NCBI GenBank assembly: GCA_965221165.1
Contig: CBDCRP010000002.1
Coordinates: 448,001 to 512,000 of the forward strand
Direction: 5' to 3'
Source: a bacterium
Lineage (GTDB): Bacteria > UBA8248
Length of the DNA: 64,000 nt
This document shows positions 21,432 to 31,931 of the stretch, piece after piece (the first letter of the stretch is position 1; each line of letters opens with the position of its first letter). The notes beneath the pieces were generated by a model, which did no database searches, was not told where the DNA came from, and was given only the letters and a program-made list of their open reading frames with translations. A program made the translations under genes and the position numbers.

Positions 21432-22421
21432 CTAGTTTTCTTTCGGCCCCATCAGGCCGCGAGGCCTGATAAGCAGCACGAATACCATCATTCCGTAGGA
21501 CGCAATTTCCACCATGGCGGTGCCGTTGGGAATCATGAAGGAGATGAGGCTCTCGATTACCGCCAGCATCACTCCTCCGATGAGCGCACCGATGTAGTGG
21601 CCCCTGCCTCCGAGCACGATAATGGCGAAGGCTTGCAGCGTATACAAAACACCCGTTTCCGGGTTGAAGCCGAATTGAATCGACACCAGGGCGCCGCCCG
21701 CCACCGCAAGCGCCGCGGCGAGACCCGACGTGATCATGTAGATATGAAAAATGTTGATGCCGCAGACCATCGCGACGTCCGCGTTTTGCGCCGTAGCGCG
21801 TATGGCCTTGCCGATGCGGTGTATTTTCAGGAAAAAGAACACGCTGAAGGATATGAAAGCGGCCATCACGAAGCTGATGATCTTGCTCCTGCCCACTGCG
21901 ATGGACTCGGTGATCTGCAAAGCGTCGGGAGCGTAGGGAATAGTTCTATAATCCGTGGTGAAAATGGCTTCCACGATGTAAATGATCGTGAGGCCCATGC
22001 CGAATGTTATCAGCAAGGGCGTCAGTTCCGGCCCGCCCACCACGGCGTTCAAGAGCAGCTTTTGAATCAGGACGCCGATGACGAAGGCGATGGGGAGCGT
22101 GAGGAACAAGGCGAGGAGCGGGTCGATTCCCACGTAGAAGAAGAACATCCACGTCAGGTAGGCGCCCAGCATCACCAGTTCGCCATGCGCCACGTTGATG
22201 ATGCGCATGACGCCGAAGATGAGCGTGAGCCCCACGGCGAACATGGCGTATACGCCACCCTGCATGATGCCGTTCAGGATGACGGTGGTCAGATCCGCCA
22301 GCCACTGAAGATCGAAGAAGACGTGGTCCGTATAAATACCAATGCCGAACGGGATGGTGTACGCCGCAACCAAAAACAACGCCAGCCAGTATTTACTACG
22401 GATTTCAGCTTTTTCCTGCAT
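21432..22421 (-). CDS. livH: ABC permease (LivH-like)
   Basis: GLTLIFGVMRIINVAHGE, GKAIRA, LGGRG. Confidence 0.85.
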   Translation of the reverse strand: MQEKAEIRSKYWLALFLVAAYTIPFGIGIYTDHVFFDLQWLADLTTVILNGIMQGGVYAMFAVGLTLIFGVMRIINVAHGELVMLGAYLTWMFFFYVGIDPLLALFLTLPIAFVIGVLIQKLLLNAVVGGPELTPLLITFGMGLTIIYIVEAIFTTDYRTIPYAPDALQITESIAVGRSKIISFVMAAFISFSVFFFLKIHRIGKAIRATAQNADVAMVCGINIFHIYMITSGLAAALAVAGGALVSIQFGFNPETGVLYTLQAFAIIVLGGRGHYIGALIGGVMLAVIESLISFMIPNGTAMVEIASYGMMVFVLLIRPRGLMGPKEN

Positions 22422-22469
22422 GAGAAATCAAGTCCTCGGAATACGACACAAAAAACCAGATACTTTCGC

Positions 22470-22511
22470 CTTCGCGCCGGAGCCGCTTTTTTTAACAGCC
22501 CCGGCGCGAAA
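22470..22511. terminator. Intergenic hairpin between binding-protein and permease genes
   Basis: CTTCGCGCCGG ... CCGGCGCGAAG inverted repeat. Confidence 0.5.
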
Positions 22512-22552
22512 GTTCAAGTGGTTATGGCATTTTCGCCTTTCATGCAACCCGC

Positions 22553-23749
22553 CTAGTTCTTGCCTCTTTCCTTCCACTTCGGCATCGGCAGCTTGTAGGG
22601 GACTTCCGATATCTTCTTGGGCCAGACGATCTTGCGCTCGCCGTTCAATATCTGGAAGGTCAAGCCCTCGTGATTGTTCATGTTGGTGTCATCCACCTTC
22701 CAGGGACCGATGACGGTCGTGGTACTCATGGTGCGCAACGTCCTCCACACCTTGTCCCTATCCGCGGAGCCGGCTCGTTTCACCGCCTCGCCGAAAACCT
22801 GCATGGACGCATAAGACTGACCCGCGTGGTAGTTCGGCTTCACGCCGTAGCGCTTCACATACGCCGCGATGAATTCCTTCATGCCGGGCCGCTTGAGGAT
22901 GGCCGGCTTCGGCTCCCACTGGCTGAAGCCCAGAACGAATTCCGCCGTGTTGCCGAGCTGTTTGGCGAATTTCGGGAGACCGGGGCCGACGGTTCCGGCG
23001 AAAATCTTCAGGTTGATGTTGAGTTCCCTAAGCTGGCGAATCTGAGCCGCAGAGTCAGCGAAGTAGCTGTTCGAGATGAGCGCCTCCGCGCGGCGCGCCT
23101 TGATTTTCTGGAGCAGCGCGGTGAAATCTGTCTGCTTGCGCGGATAGTTCTCGTTCAACACTACTTCGAGGCCGAGCTTCTTCGCCCACTCCACGGCGCC
23201 TTCCGCCGACTGGCGCGGGAAGAGGCTGTCCTCGCCGACGATGGCGATTTTTTTCACGCCGATGTCCCTGGCGATATGGAGCGCGCCCTTCTGGTAGTCC
23301 TGGGCGACGGCGATGATGTCGAAGAGATACTTGCGGCCTTTTTTCCAGATGATGCCCGAGGCGGCGCCCGGCGCCATCGTGGGGTACTTGTACCTTTCCA
23401 GCACGTTGGCCACGGCGTCGGTGATGCCGCTGGAGTAGGGGCCCATGGTCAGGTTCACCTTGTCCTGCGTGATGAGCTTCTCGTAGAGCTTGATGCTGGT
23501 CTGCTTGTCCGATTTGTCGTCCATCATGATGAAATCGATTTTCTGGCCGTTCCACCCACCCTTGGCGTTCATCTGATCCACGTACAGATTGTAGGAGTTC
23601 ACCATACGTCCGGCGGGTTCGGCGTAGCGGCCCGTCTGCGAAATGGCGATCCCCAGGGTGACCTTGTCCGCCGCGACGCCTTTCTCCACGAAGGGAGCAG
23701 CCGTGAGGGCGATAACAAAGCCGAGTACCAAAACCAGGCTTTTCTTCAT
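22553..23749 (-). CDS. ABC substrate-binding protein (LivJ/K-like), copy 2
   Basis: Signal peptide, SQTGRYA, GPYSSG; paralog of 24086..25279. Confidence 0.9.
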   Translation of the reverse strand: MKKSLVLVLGFVIALTAAPFVEKGVAADKVTLGIAISQTGRYAEPAGRMVNSYNLYVDQMNAKGGWNGQKIDFIMMDDKSDKQTSIKLYEKLITQDKVNLTMGPYSSGITDAVANVLERYKYPTMAPGAASGIIWKKGRKYLFDIIAVAQDYQKGALHIARDIGVKKIAIVGEDSLFPRQSAEGAVEWAKKLGLEVVLNENYPRKQTDFTALLQKIKARRAEALISNSYFADSAAQIRQLRELNINLKIFAGTVGPGLPKFAKQLGNTAEFVLGFSQWEPKPAILKRPGMKEFIAAYVKRYGVKPNYHAGQSYASMQVFGEAVKRAGSADRDKVWRTLRTMSTTTVIGPWKVDDTNMNNHEGLTFQILNGERKIVWPKKISEVPYKLPMPKWKERGKN

Positions 23750-24006
23750 TTCTTACACTCCTCTAATGGAAACAAAAAATCCTGCCTTACAACAGAAAAC
23801 AAAATGGATTACCCCTTGTAAATTAAGAGCAAAACGCTCTCAATCTGACAATCTCTTCGCGAGAATATCAACCTCCCGAAGTTCTGATTACGCAGTTAAC
23901 CCGTCAATAGGTGCGTTATGATACGCATATTGATTGATATGTCAAAGGGTTATTTTGAAGAATTCGGGAGCGTCGCCCGAAAAGGATTCTGTCCTCAAGC
24001 GAAAAT

Positions 24007-24038
24007 CCCGCCCCGCGCGAAGCCGGGCGCGGGGCGGG
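24007..24038 (-). terminator. GC-rich hairpin/terminator after binding-protein copy 1
   Basis: CCCGCCCCGCGC...GCGCGGGGCGGG stem followed by ATTTT on the minus strand. Confidence 0.6.
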
Positions 24039-24085
24039 AGTAAATCCGCTACAATTGGAAACCGTTATTTTTCCCCTCCGCCTTG

Positions 24086-25279
24086 CTAGTTCTTGGCCCT
24101 GTCCTTCCATTTGGGCATCGGCAGCTTGTAGGGGACTTCCGCGATCTTCTTCGGCCAGACGATCTTTCGCTGGCCGTCGAGAATCTGGAAGGTCAGGCCT
24201 TCATGATCGTTCAGATTGTTCTTGTCCACTTTCCATTTCCCCATGATGGTCTGGAACTGTGAGGTGCGCAGCGCATTCCAGACCTTCTCGCGATCAAAGG
24301 AGCCCGCCTTTTGAATCGCCTGGGTGGTAACCTGCATCGCCACCCATGCGATCCCGGCATGGTAGTTCGGCTTGACGCCGTGGCGCTTCACATACGAGTC
24401 GATGAAATGCTCCATGCCCGGGAATTTCAGAATCTCGGGGCGCGGCTCCCACTGGCTGAAGCCCAGAACGTATTCCGCCGTGTTGCCCAGTTGCTTGGCG
24501 AATCTAGGCAGACCCGGGCCGACGGTTCCGGCGAAAATCTTGAGGTTGATGTTGAGCTCACGAAGCTGGCGAATCTGCGCCACGGAATCCGCGAAGTAAC
24601 TGTTCGAGATGAGCGCTTCCGCGCGGCGCGCCTTGATTTTTTGCAACATCGCGGTGAAGTCGGTCTGTTTGCGCGGATAGTTCTCGTTCAACACCACTTC
24701 GATGCCCAGCTTCTTCGCCCACTCCACGGCGCCCTCGGCCGACTGACGCGGGAAGAGGCTGTCCTCGCCGACGATGGCGATTCTCTTCACCCCGATGTCT
24801 CTGGCGAGATAAACGGCGCCCCTTTGATAGTTCTGGGCGATGGCGTTCTGGTTGAAGATGTACTTTCTCCCCTTCTTCCAGATGATGCCCGAGGAAGCGC
24901 CGGGCGCCAGCGTGGGGTACTTGTACCTTTCCAGAATGTTGGCCACGGCGTCGGTGATGCCGCTGGAATAGGGGCCGAGCGTGAGGTCGACCTTGTCCTG
25001 CGTGATGAGCTTCTCGAAGAGCTTGATGCTGGTCTGCTTGTCCGATTTGTCGTCCAAGATGATTAGTTTCATCTTTTGGCCCAGCAGGCCGCCCTTGGCG
25101 TTTTGCTGATCGGCGAACATCTTGTAGGAGTTGACAAACCTGCCGGCAGGCTCCGCATAGCGGCCCGTCTGGGAGATGGCTCCGCCGAAGGTTTTCTCGC
25201 CCGCCGCCGGGGCCGGGTTGGTGAACACCGCCACCGTCAACGCAAAAACAATCGCAACGAAGATATGAGCCACTTTCAT
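24086..25279 (-). CDS. ABC substrate-binding protein (LivJ/K-like), copy 1
   Basis: Signal peptide, SQTGRYA, GPYSSG; long identical stretches with 22553..23749. Confidence 0.9.
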   Translation of the reverse strand: MKVAHIFVAIVFALTVAVFTNPAPAAGEKTFGGAISQTGRYAEPAGRFVNSYKMFADQQNAKGGLLGQKMKLIILDDKSDKQTSIKLFEKLITQDKVDLTLGPYSSGITDAVANILERYKYPTLAPGASSGIIWKKGRKYIFNQNAIAQNYQRGAVYLARDIGVKRIAIVGEDSLFPRQSAEGAVEWAKKLGIEVVLNENYPRKQTDFTAMLQKIKARRAEALISNSYFADSVAQIRQLRELNINLKIFAGTVGPGLPRFAKQLGNTAEYVLGFSQWEPRPEILKFPGMEHFIDSYVKRHGVKPNYHAGIAWVAMQVTTQAIQKAGSFDREKVWNALRTSQFQTIMGKWKVDKNNLNDHEGLTFQILDGQRKIVWPKKIAEVPYKLPMPKWKDRAKN

Positions 25280-25459
25280 TTTCTATCCTCCTTCCATGTG
25301 GGAAAAACATTGAATCTCACGGCGGAAAATCCGCCCTTTCTTGAAATGTTTCCAATGCAGGATGAAACCAGCGCCCGAGCGCGTCATTATCCAAAGACGC
25401 AGCGCCTTCGGCGCAATTTATTGGAGTATGGATAAATTCTAGCCGGAAGGGGAAAAATG

Positions 25460-25921
25460 TCAAACGCGGAAATTCTGGGCTTTTGGAGGTTCCGCCGTCT
25501 CGGCGTCCACGGCGCATCCCTCCACCCAGGCCACGCCGTCTTCGCCAAACTCTTTCTTCCATACCGGCAAGATCTGCTTGATGCGGTCGATCGCATAGCG
25601 GCACGCCTTGAAGGCCGCGTCCCGGTGGGCGGAGGCCGCCGCGATGCCCACCGCAATGTCGCCTATTGCGAGCGTTCCCACCCGGTGGGCCATCGCCAGG
25701 TGGGTGACGCCGAAACGTTCTTCGATCTCCTCGGCGACCTGGCGCATCTTTTTTTCCGCCATCTCGGGATAGGCGTGGTATTCGAGATGCGTGACCCCCT
25801 GCCCCGCGCTGTGGTTGCGCACCTTGCCCACGAACGTGCAGAGCCCGCCGAGTTCGGGAGAATCGATGCTACCCGTCAACTCGTCCATGTCGATGGCGGA
25901 ATCCGCGATGCGGCAAATCAT
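25460..25921 (-). CDS. moaE: Molybdopterin synthase catalytic subunit
   Basis: FVGKVRNH, LEYHAYPEMA, HRVG, PVWKKE. ATGA overlap with moaD. Confidence 0.95.
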   Translation of the reverse strand: MICRIADSAIDMDELTGSIDSPELGGLCTFVGKVRNHSAGQGVTHLEYHAYPEMAEKKMRQVAEEIEERFGVTHLAMAHRVGTLAIGDIAVGIAAASAHRDAAFKACRYAIDRIKQILPVWKKEFGEDGVAWVEGCAVDAETAEPPKAQNFRV

Positions 25922-26169
25922 GCGCAACCTCCGCTGATGGGCGGAATCAACGCCAGTTCATCGCCCACCACCACGGGCGTGCCCTCGCCTGCGAACTCCT
26001 GATTGACGGATACGGCGATGGACTCCATCCGCCCCGAAAAAACCGGAAACCGCTCGGCGAGGCTATCCCTCAAATCGGCCACCGTGGCGCCCTCGGGCAC
26101 TTCGAGGTCGATTTCCTCCTCGCCCGTCACCTCCTTCGCCCAAGCGAAGCATTTGACGCGAACTATCAT
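25918..26169 (-). CDS. moaD: Molybdopterin synthase sulfur carrier
   Basis: Ubiquitin-like fold, GDELALIPPISGG followed by a CA extension. Confidence 0.92.
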   Translation of the reverse strand: MIVRVKCFAWAKEVTGEEEIDLEVPEGATVADLRDSLAERFPVFSGRMESIAVSVNQEFAGEGTPVVVGDELALIPPISGGCA

Positions 26170-26348
26170 TTGATCCCTCACTCTCACTGCTACGATATAG
26201 ACGCCGCCTCCGGGCGGCCGCCCCTGATCCTCAAAAACAATTCTTACACTCTCCTCGGGATGATAGATATTCCAACCGGCGGAATCAAGGGGATGCTCCC
26301 GCCAATCCGCTCTTCTTGTCCATCTTTAGCGGGTGTATACTCACCCGC

Positions 26349-27509
26349 ATGAAAATCGCCTCTCATCCCGAACTATCCAAAACCCTTGCAAATGCGCTCG
26401 AAAACGGCCCAATCCCCTTTCGCCGCTTCATGGAGATCACCCTCTACCATCCGGTGGGCGGCTATTATTGCCATGAAAACTCCCGAATCGGGCCTGATGG
26501 CGATTTCTACACCTCTCCCCACCAAAGCCCCTGGCTCGGGCGGATGATTGCGCCGCTTCTCGATAAAATCCGGCGGCGCATGGGCGAGGCACCCTCGCTG
26601 CACATATGGGAATACGGCCCGGGAGAGGGATGGCTCGCTTTCGATATCCTCGAATCGATTCGCTCCTCGCGCCCTGCTTTCGAGGAGGCCATCACTTATA
26701 CGTTTGCCGAACAAAGTGATCCGGCCAGAGAGCGGATAAGGGAAAAATTCCAGGATTCCGATAAAATTCAATTTTTAGACCCCACGTTGTATCCGTCCCC
26801 GGGCTTCGAGGGCGTCGTGCTCGCCCATGAGTTCCTGGACGCCCTACCCGTCCACTCCCTCATTCAGAAAGAGACACATCTACAAGAAAGGTATGTGACG
26901 TGGCGCGACGCGAGGCTTCTCTTCAGCGAGGGCGCGCTCTGCGATGAGCGCCTGTACGGCTGGTTCTCCGAATTGGGTGTTCAACTCTCTCCTGGACAGA
27001 TGGCGGAGGTGAACCTGTGCGCCTTCGACTGGGTGAGTGAGGTGGCGCGCCGGATGGAGCGGGGTGCCATATTGATCTTCGACTATGGGTTCTCCGCTCG
27101 TGTACTCTACAGCCCCACCCGCCCGGCCGGCGCGTTGCGCGGCTACAGAAACCACACCCTCACGAGCGATGTCCTGTCCCGTCCCGGAGAAACTGACCTC
27201 ACCAGCCACGTCGATTTCACTTCCATCTTCCGAGCGGCCGCATCCCACGGCATGGAACTCGCAGGCTTTACGGATCAGACGCGCTTTCTTCTGGGAGCCG
27301 GCCTGCCCCAGGCGGTGGAAAACGCGAGGGGTGGCGATGATGAAAAAACCAGGCGCGAGCGGCAATCCATCATGGGCATCATGGACCCCACGGGTCTGGG
27401 CGGGGCCATAAAGGTCATGTTGTTGTCCAAAAATCTGAAGCTGGATGATTTGAGCGAGTTTTCGATGAAGCCCGACGACAGGGAGTCTCTCGAGACGCTT
27501 ACAAGCTAG
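26349..27509 (+). CDS. SAM-dependent methyltransferase, MidA/NDUFAF7 family
   Basis: FMEITLYHPVGGYY, GDFYTSP, EYGPGEG, HEFLDALPV, DYG, DLTSHVDF. Confidence 0.88.
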   Translation: MKIASHPELSKTLANALENGPIPFRRFMEITLYHPVGGYYCHENSRIGPDGDFYTSPHQSPWLGRMIAPLLDKIRRRMGEAPSLHIWEYGPGEGWLAFDILESIRSSRPAFEEAITYTFAEQSDPARERIREKFQDSDKIQFLDPTLYPSPGFEGVVLAHEFLDALPVHSLIQKETHLQERYVTWRDARLLFSEGALCDERLYGWFSELGVQLSPGQMAEVNLCAFDWVSEVARRMERGAILIFDYGFSARVLYSPTRPAGALRGYRNHTLTSDVLSRPGETDLTSHVDFTSIFRAAASHGMELAGFTDQTRFLLGAGLPQAVENARGGDDEKTRRERQSIMGIMDPTGLGGAIKVMLLSKNLKLDDLSEFSMKPDDRESLETLTS

Positions 27510-29296
27510 CCGCCTGCCGGACGTATGGCGCGAAGCTCAAGTTGCATCCTGGTGCTGCCGCGCCAGCGGTTCAGGCTGGGAGAAAACGCGATGTCCAGCT
27601 TGCCCTTTAAACGCTCCGGCTCTTTGAGCAAGGCCCCCATGCCGAAGCCGATGGCTTCTCTCTGATCGCGGAATTGCCGCAAGCCCAGCTTGAGATGCTC
27701 GCCCTCCCGGCCCACCACGCCCGGGCTTCCGGCCACCTCGACCTGAGAAGAGCAAAACAGAGGCCTCGGGTTCTCCTCCCCGAAAGGCGCCATGCCCTCG
27801 AGTTGCTCCAGGAGCGGCACGTCCATTTCGGAGAAATCGACGGCAGCGTCGAGCACGAGACTGCGCTCATCCGCTTCAGGCTCCTTCATCCCGCGAATCA
27901 CCTCCTGAAAGCGCGCCCTGAAAGCGTCTATCTTCTCCTCTTCCACCTTCAGCCCCGCGGCGCCCTTGTGCCCGCCAAATTGAATCAAGAGGTCAGAGCA
28001 GCGTTCGAGCGCTTTATGGACATGAAGACCCATGGCCGAGCGAACGGAGCCCTTGCCCACCCCGCCCTTGACGTGGATGAGGACCGAGGGCTGGTGATAT
28101 TCCTCCACGAGCTTCGCGGCCACGATGCCCACCACGCCGGGGTGCCATTTGTCGCTCGCCAGCACAATGGCCTCCTCACGGGCGGCGGCCCCCGACGATT
28201 CCATGGTGGCTATCGCCTCCTCCCAGGCTTCCTGCTGCAAGTTCTGGCGTTGGCGATTCCACTCCTCGAGCACTTCCGCACGGGAGCGCGCCTCGCCCTC
28301 GTCATCGGCGGTGAGAAGCTCAACGCCAAAGGAGGCTTCTCCCACGCGCCCCGCCGCGTTGAGCCTCGGCGCAAGCGAGAAGGAAACGTGTCCCACATTG
28401 ATCACCTGGGCTTTGAGGTTCGCCGCCGCTTGCAGCGCGCGAATTCCCGCCTTTCGCCGATCCAAAGTCTCGAACCCGCCTTCGGCCACCTCGGAAGGCG
28501 ATAAAATTTCAAGCCCATGACGCACGAAAATGTGATTCTCACCCCGGAGGGGAACCACGTCGGCCACCGTACCCAACGCCACCAAGTCCAGATGCTGTTT
28601 GAGGTTCGGCAGCGGCGTCTCGAACCCGCCCTCATGCAAGCGTCTTCTGATGGCGGTAACCAGCTTGAACGCGACCCCGACTCCGCAAAGCCCTCGAAAG
28701 GGATATGCACAACCCCGCTGGCGGGGGTTCAGGACGGCCACGGCGTGAGGCAATTCATCGGGCGGGCGGTGATGATCGGTGATGATGAGGCGAACTCCCA
28801 TTTTATCGGCTTCTCTTGCGGCGGCATGCGCACTGATGCCGCAATCAACCGTCACCACCGTGTCGCAGCCCGCTTCTTTCAACCTCTTCAAACCCTTGGG
28901 GTGCAGGCCGTATCCCTCATCCAGTCGACCCGGAATGTAGTAGGGAACTTTGACGCCCACTTGGGAGAGAAACCGGCACATGAGCGCCGTGGCGGAGATG
29001 CCGTCTACGTCATAATCCCCATAAACGCCGATGGGACGGCGGTTTCTTATCGGCTCCAAGAGATGTGAGGCCGCCTTCTCCATCCCCTTCATCAAGAACG
29101 GATCATGCAGCCCCGCCAGGGGCGCATTCAGGAACCTGCACGCCTCATCGGTGTTTTGCATCCCCCTTTGCGCGAGGAGCTTCCCCATCAACGGGGGCAG
29201 GTTCAATTCTCGGGAAAGTTTTTCGGCCGATTCCTGATCGACGGGGCGCAGAGTCCACTTGCGGGGAAAAGCGAGCGGGCCGGTGGAATAACTCAT
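27506..29296 (-). CDS. recJ: Single-stranded DNA exonuclease RecJ
   Basis: GDYDVDG, TVDCG, TDHH, GTVADVV, PRLNAAGR, GGHKGAAG. Start uncertain (29296-29359). Confidence 0.95.
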   Translation of the reverse strand: MSYSTGPLAFPRKWTLRPVDQESAEKLSRELNLPPLMGKLLAQRGMQNTDEACRFLNAPLAGLHDPFLMKGMEKAASHLLEPIRNRRPIGVYGDYDVDGISATALMCRFLSQVGVKVPYYIPGRLDEGYGLHPKGLKRLKEAGCDTVVTVDCGISAHAAAREADKMGVRLIITDHHRPPDELPHAVAVLNPRQRGCAYPFRGLCGVGVAFKLVTAIRRRLHEGGFETPLPNLKQHLDLVALGTVADVVPLRGENHIFVRHGLEILSPSEVAEGGFETLDRRKAGIRALQAAANLKAQVINVGHVSFSLAPRLNAAGRVGEASFGVELLTADDEGEARSRAEVLEEWNRQRQNLQQEAWEEAIATMESSGAAAREEAIVLASDKWHPGVVGIVAAKLVEEYHQPSVLIHVKGGVGKGSVRSAMGLHVHKALERCSDLLIQFGGHKGAAGLKVEEEKIDAFRARFQEVIRGMKEPEADERSLVLDAAVDFSEMDVPLLEQLEGMAPFGEENPRPLFCSSQVEVAGSPGVVGREGEHLKLGLRQFRDQREAIGFGMGALLKEPERLKGKLDIAFSPSLNRWRGSTRMQLELRAIRPAGG

Positions 29297-29375
29297 CGGC
29301 CCTTCATGCCCCCTTACTCCGCCCGCAACCGCTGCGCCGGCAGAGTCGACTCCAGACAAGCGTATCGATCATAGG

Positions 29376-31178
29376 TCACTCACGACTACGCCCGCCCTGG
29401 GCGCCTTTCGAGGACCACGTAGCGTCATCGTCCGCCGGGGCCGCTTCGGCCGAGTTCTCCGCGGACGATTCGCCCTCGGAATCATCTTGGGGCGATTCGG
29501 CCATCGGGACGATTCCCGGGCCGAGTTCCTCGAGTTCACCCTCTTCGTCCGGGTCCGGACGCGGAGATGCGCGCCTGCGCCATCCGTCTCTGATGGAAGG
29601 CTTCGGCATGGAGCGCGCCATCATCTCGCGCGCCCCTTTGAAGTGGGTGTTCACGGGATTCGAAAAATTCCGGTTCAACGAAACTATCGAGCGCACCAAC
29701 TCGCCCGTGAGGCCTTTGGGCCGGCAAGCATTTCCGTTCATGAGAACAGAGAAGGCGAGGATTTCCCCGTTTCTCGCGGCCGCGTATCCGCTGAAGGCGC
29801 GCACGCCGTTCAGCACGCCCGTCTTCACCCGCACCCGGCGCGAATCGACTCCCCGGCGGCGTCTTTTTTGCACCGTGCCGTCGACGCCGAACACGGCGAG
29901 AGACGCCATGAACTCTGGCCGCAGCCTGAAATCGTTATGCGCCGCTTCGAGCAGGGTCGCCAGAGAGCGCGCCGAGGCGCGGTTCATCCTGCTTAAGCCC
30001 GAACCGTCGGCGAGGGCGATCTCCTCCGCCGAGACGCCGATGGAGATCAGGAAATCGCGCACGACGCGCAGGCCTTTTTCCGCGGTGCCCGGCGCGCCGT
30101 GCGCTTCTGCGCCCATTGTCTTGAGAACCTGTTCGGCCACGAAATTGTTGCTGAACTTGTTGAGCCCCCGAACCACCTCGCTCAAGGGCGGTGAGAGGTT
30201 TCGCGCCAGAAGCTTCGCTTCGGGCGGCGTGGCGGCCCGCCGTATGCCTCCCTTCAAGACGATTCCCTGCCTCCCCAGTTCGGCGGCGACCGCGCCTGCG
30301 GTGAAGGCGGTGGGGTCCGTGACGGGCACCCGGTACCTCCTCATCCTGCTTCCAGCCGGAAACCAACCACTTACCAGAACGACGTCCTTTCCCTTGGAGC
30401 GCCTGCGCCCGAGCCGGATCCTCAAGCGCCTGCCGCGAGAGGTCTTCACTTTCGCCTGGAGGCGAAGCGCGCGCGATGGCGGCTCGAGATTCACCAAGGC
30501 CGGGCCGCCGACCCTCTCGCCCGGGGCCACAAGCACGTTCGACAAACCAAAATTCAGGGATAGCGCCCCGTGCGGCGCCAGATAGGGCCGGATGGAGCGG
30601 CCCACGCGCCACCCGCGACCGTGTTTTTTCTTATCGAAAAACGAATCGTCCGCCACCAGATCGCCCATGACGCGCCTCACGCCGCGCAGTTTGAGCCGGC
30701 GCACCAAGTCGCGCATTTTTTCATGCACGAAAAGCGGATCGCCGTAGCCCTTCAGATAAAGGTCACCTCGGACGACGCCCTCTCGAACCTTGCCCTTCGC
30801 GTAAAAATCGGTGGCGAAGCGATAGTCAGGCCCCAGGCGCGCGAGCGCGGTGGCGGCCGTAAAGAGTTTGACGTTCGACGCGGGTATGCGCCTCGCAGCG
30901 GCCTTATGGGAATAAAGCGTCTGCGCGGTGGAAACCGAACGAACGTAGAGACCGAGGAGTCCGGGGCGGGCGCATTGCCTTTTAACGGCGCGCTTCACCC
31001 TGGCCTGGAAGACGGCCTTAGACGTGATGCCTTTTTTCGAAGCGATCCTTTTTTTAGGAGCGCGCCTTTTTCTTGCGGCGAAGGCGTCCGACGCGCACGA
31101 GGCGATGAGGCACAAAACAACCGCCCATATGGAAAATCTCAAAAACCGGCCCGCTGGGTCGTGTTCGGTGAATCTCAT
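29376..31178 (-). CDS. dacB: D-Ala-D-Ala carboxypeptidase/endopeptidase PBP4 with acidic C-terminal tail
   Basis: PASNVK (SxxK), SNN (SxN), KTG, DGSGLSR. Confidence 0.92.
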   Translation of the reverse strand: MRFTEHDPAGRFLRFSIWAVVLCLIASCASDAFAARKRRAPKKRIASKKGITSKAVFQARVKRAVKRQCARPGLLGLYVRSVSTAQTLYSHKAAARRIPASNVKLFTAATALARLGPDYRFATDFYAKGKVREGVVRGDLYLKGYGDPLFVHEKMRDLVRRLKLRGVRRVMGDLVADDSFFDKKKHGRGWRVGRSIRPYLAPHGALSLNFGLSNVLVAPGERVGGPALVNLEPPSRALRLQAKVKTSRGRRLRIRLGRRRSKGKDVVLVSGWFPAGSRMRRYRVPVTDPTAFTAGAVAAELGRQGIVLKGGIRRAATPPEAKLLARNLSPPLSEVVRGLNKFSNNFVAEQVLKTMGAEAHGAPGTAEKGLRVVRDFLISIGVSAEEIALADGSGLSRMNRASARSLATLLEAAHNDFRLRPEFMASLAVFGVDGTVQKRRRRGVDSRRVRVKTGVLNGVRAFSGYAAARNGEILAFSVLMNGNACRPKGLTGELVRSIVSLNRNFSNPVNTHFKGAREMMARSMPKPSIRDGWRRRASPRPDPDEEGELEELGPGIVPMAESPQDDSEGESSAENSAEAAPADDDATWSSKGAQGGRSRE

Positions 31179-31226
31179 ATTCGTTGTCCATCACATGGCG
31201 GGCGGAATGCCGGACCTTCTACATTG

Positions 31227-31775
31227 TCATAAAAAAGCCAAGGCCTGCATCACCTGCTGAACCGACGGGCGGTCGCTGGGATATTTGCCCACATGAACGT
31301 AGCGAACCACGCCGTTCTTGTCGATGATGAAAGTGGAGGGCCGGGCGATCCCCTCCCTCGGATGAAGCACCCCGAAGCCTTTGATGATTCGCTTCTTCGG
31401 ATCCGAGATCAGCAGATACCGAATGCCCAACTCCCGTATCGTCTTGTTCACTTCAAGCGCATTATCCGCGCCGATGGCGACGATTTTGGTCTGAAACCGA
31501 TGAATTTTATTGGAAAATCGCTGGAACTCGACGAGTTGCCGTTGGCAAATCACTCAGAAGTGACCCCGATAGAAAATCATCACGAGATTCTTCTTGCCCT
31601 TGAGGTCGGAGAGCTTGAAGCCCTGAATTTCGAACTCATGCGCCTTATCCCCCACCTTGGGGCGATTCTCGTCGAAAGGCGCCGCCGCCGCCATGCTCAC
31701 GCTCATGAGGACGAAAGCAAGCGCCATCGCCGCCGGACGTAAAGTTCGCTTCAACTGACACTTGCTCCTTCTCAT
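31227..31775 (-). CDS. Exported AhpC/TSA peroxiredoxin-like selenoprotein (UxxC; Sec TGA at 31554-31556)
   Basis: Two in-frame ORFs join through one TGA: FYRGHF-U-VICQRQL. Later ARPSTFIIDKNGVVRY. GGAGG RBS, hydrophobic N-terminal segment, hairpin 16 nt after the TGA. Confidence 0.85.
31525..31537 (-). promoter_or_regulatory. Putative bacterial SECIS hairpin
   Basis: AACTC-GTC-GAGTT 16 nt downstream of the in-frame TGA. Confidence 0.55.
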
Positions 31776-31931
31776 CGGGGAAAACCTCCGGGTCATCGAG
31801 TCAAACAATCACGACCGAGGCGAATCTTAATCCGCCCGGAACGGGCTGTAAACCACGAGGACGCGCCGCATTGACTACGAGACGCGGCGTATGCGAATCT
31901 CCAAATGTCTCCCGCCCGCCGGTATATTCAG

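Noticed and set aside
29065-30585. 506-aa + strand ORF and many similar long antisense ORFs
   Set aside because: Shadow frames of GC-rich genes (dacB, recJ, liv, trp, leu) with no recognisable motifs.
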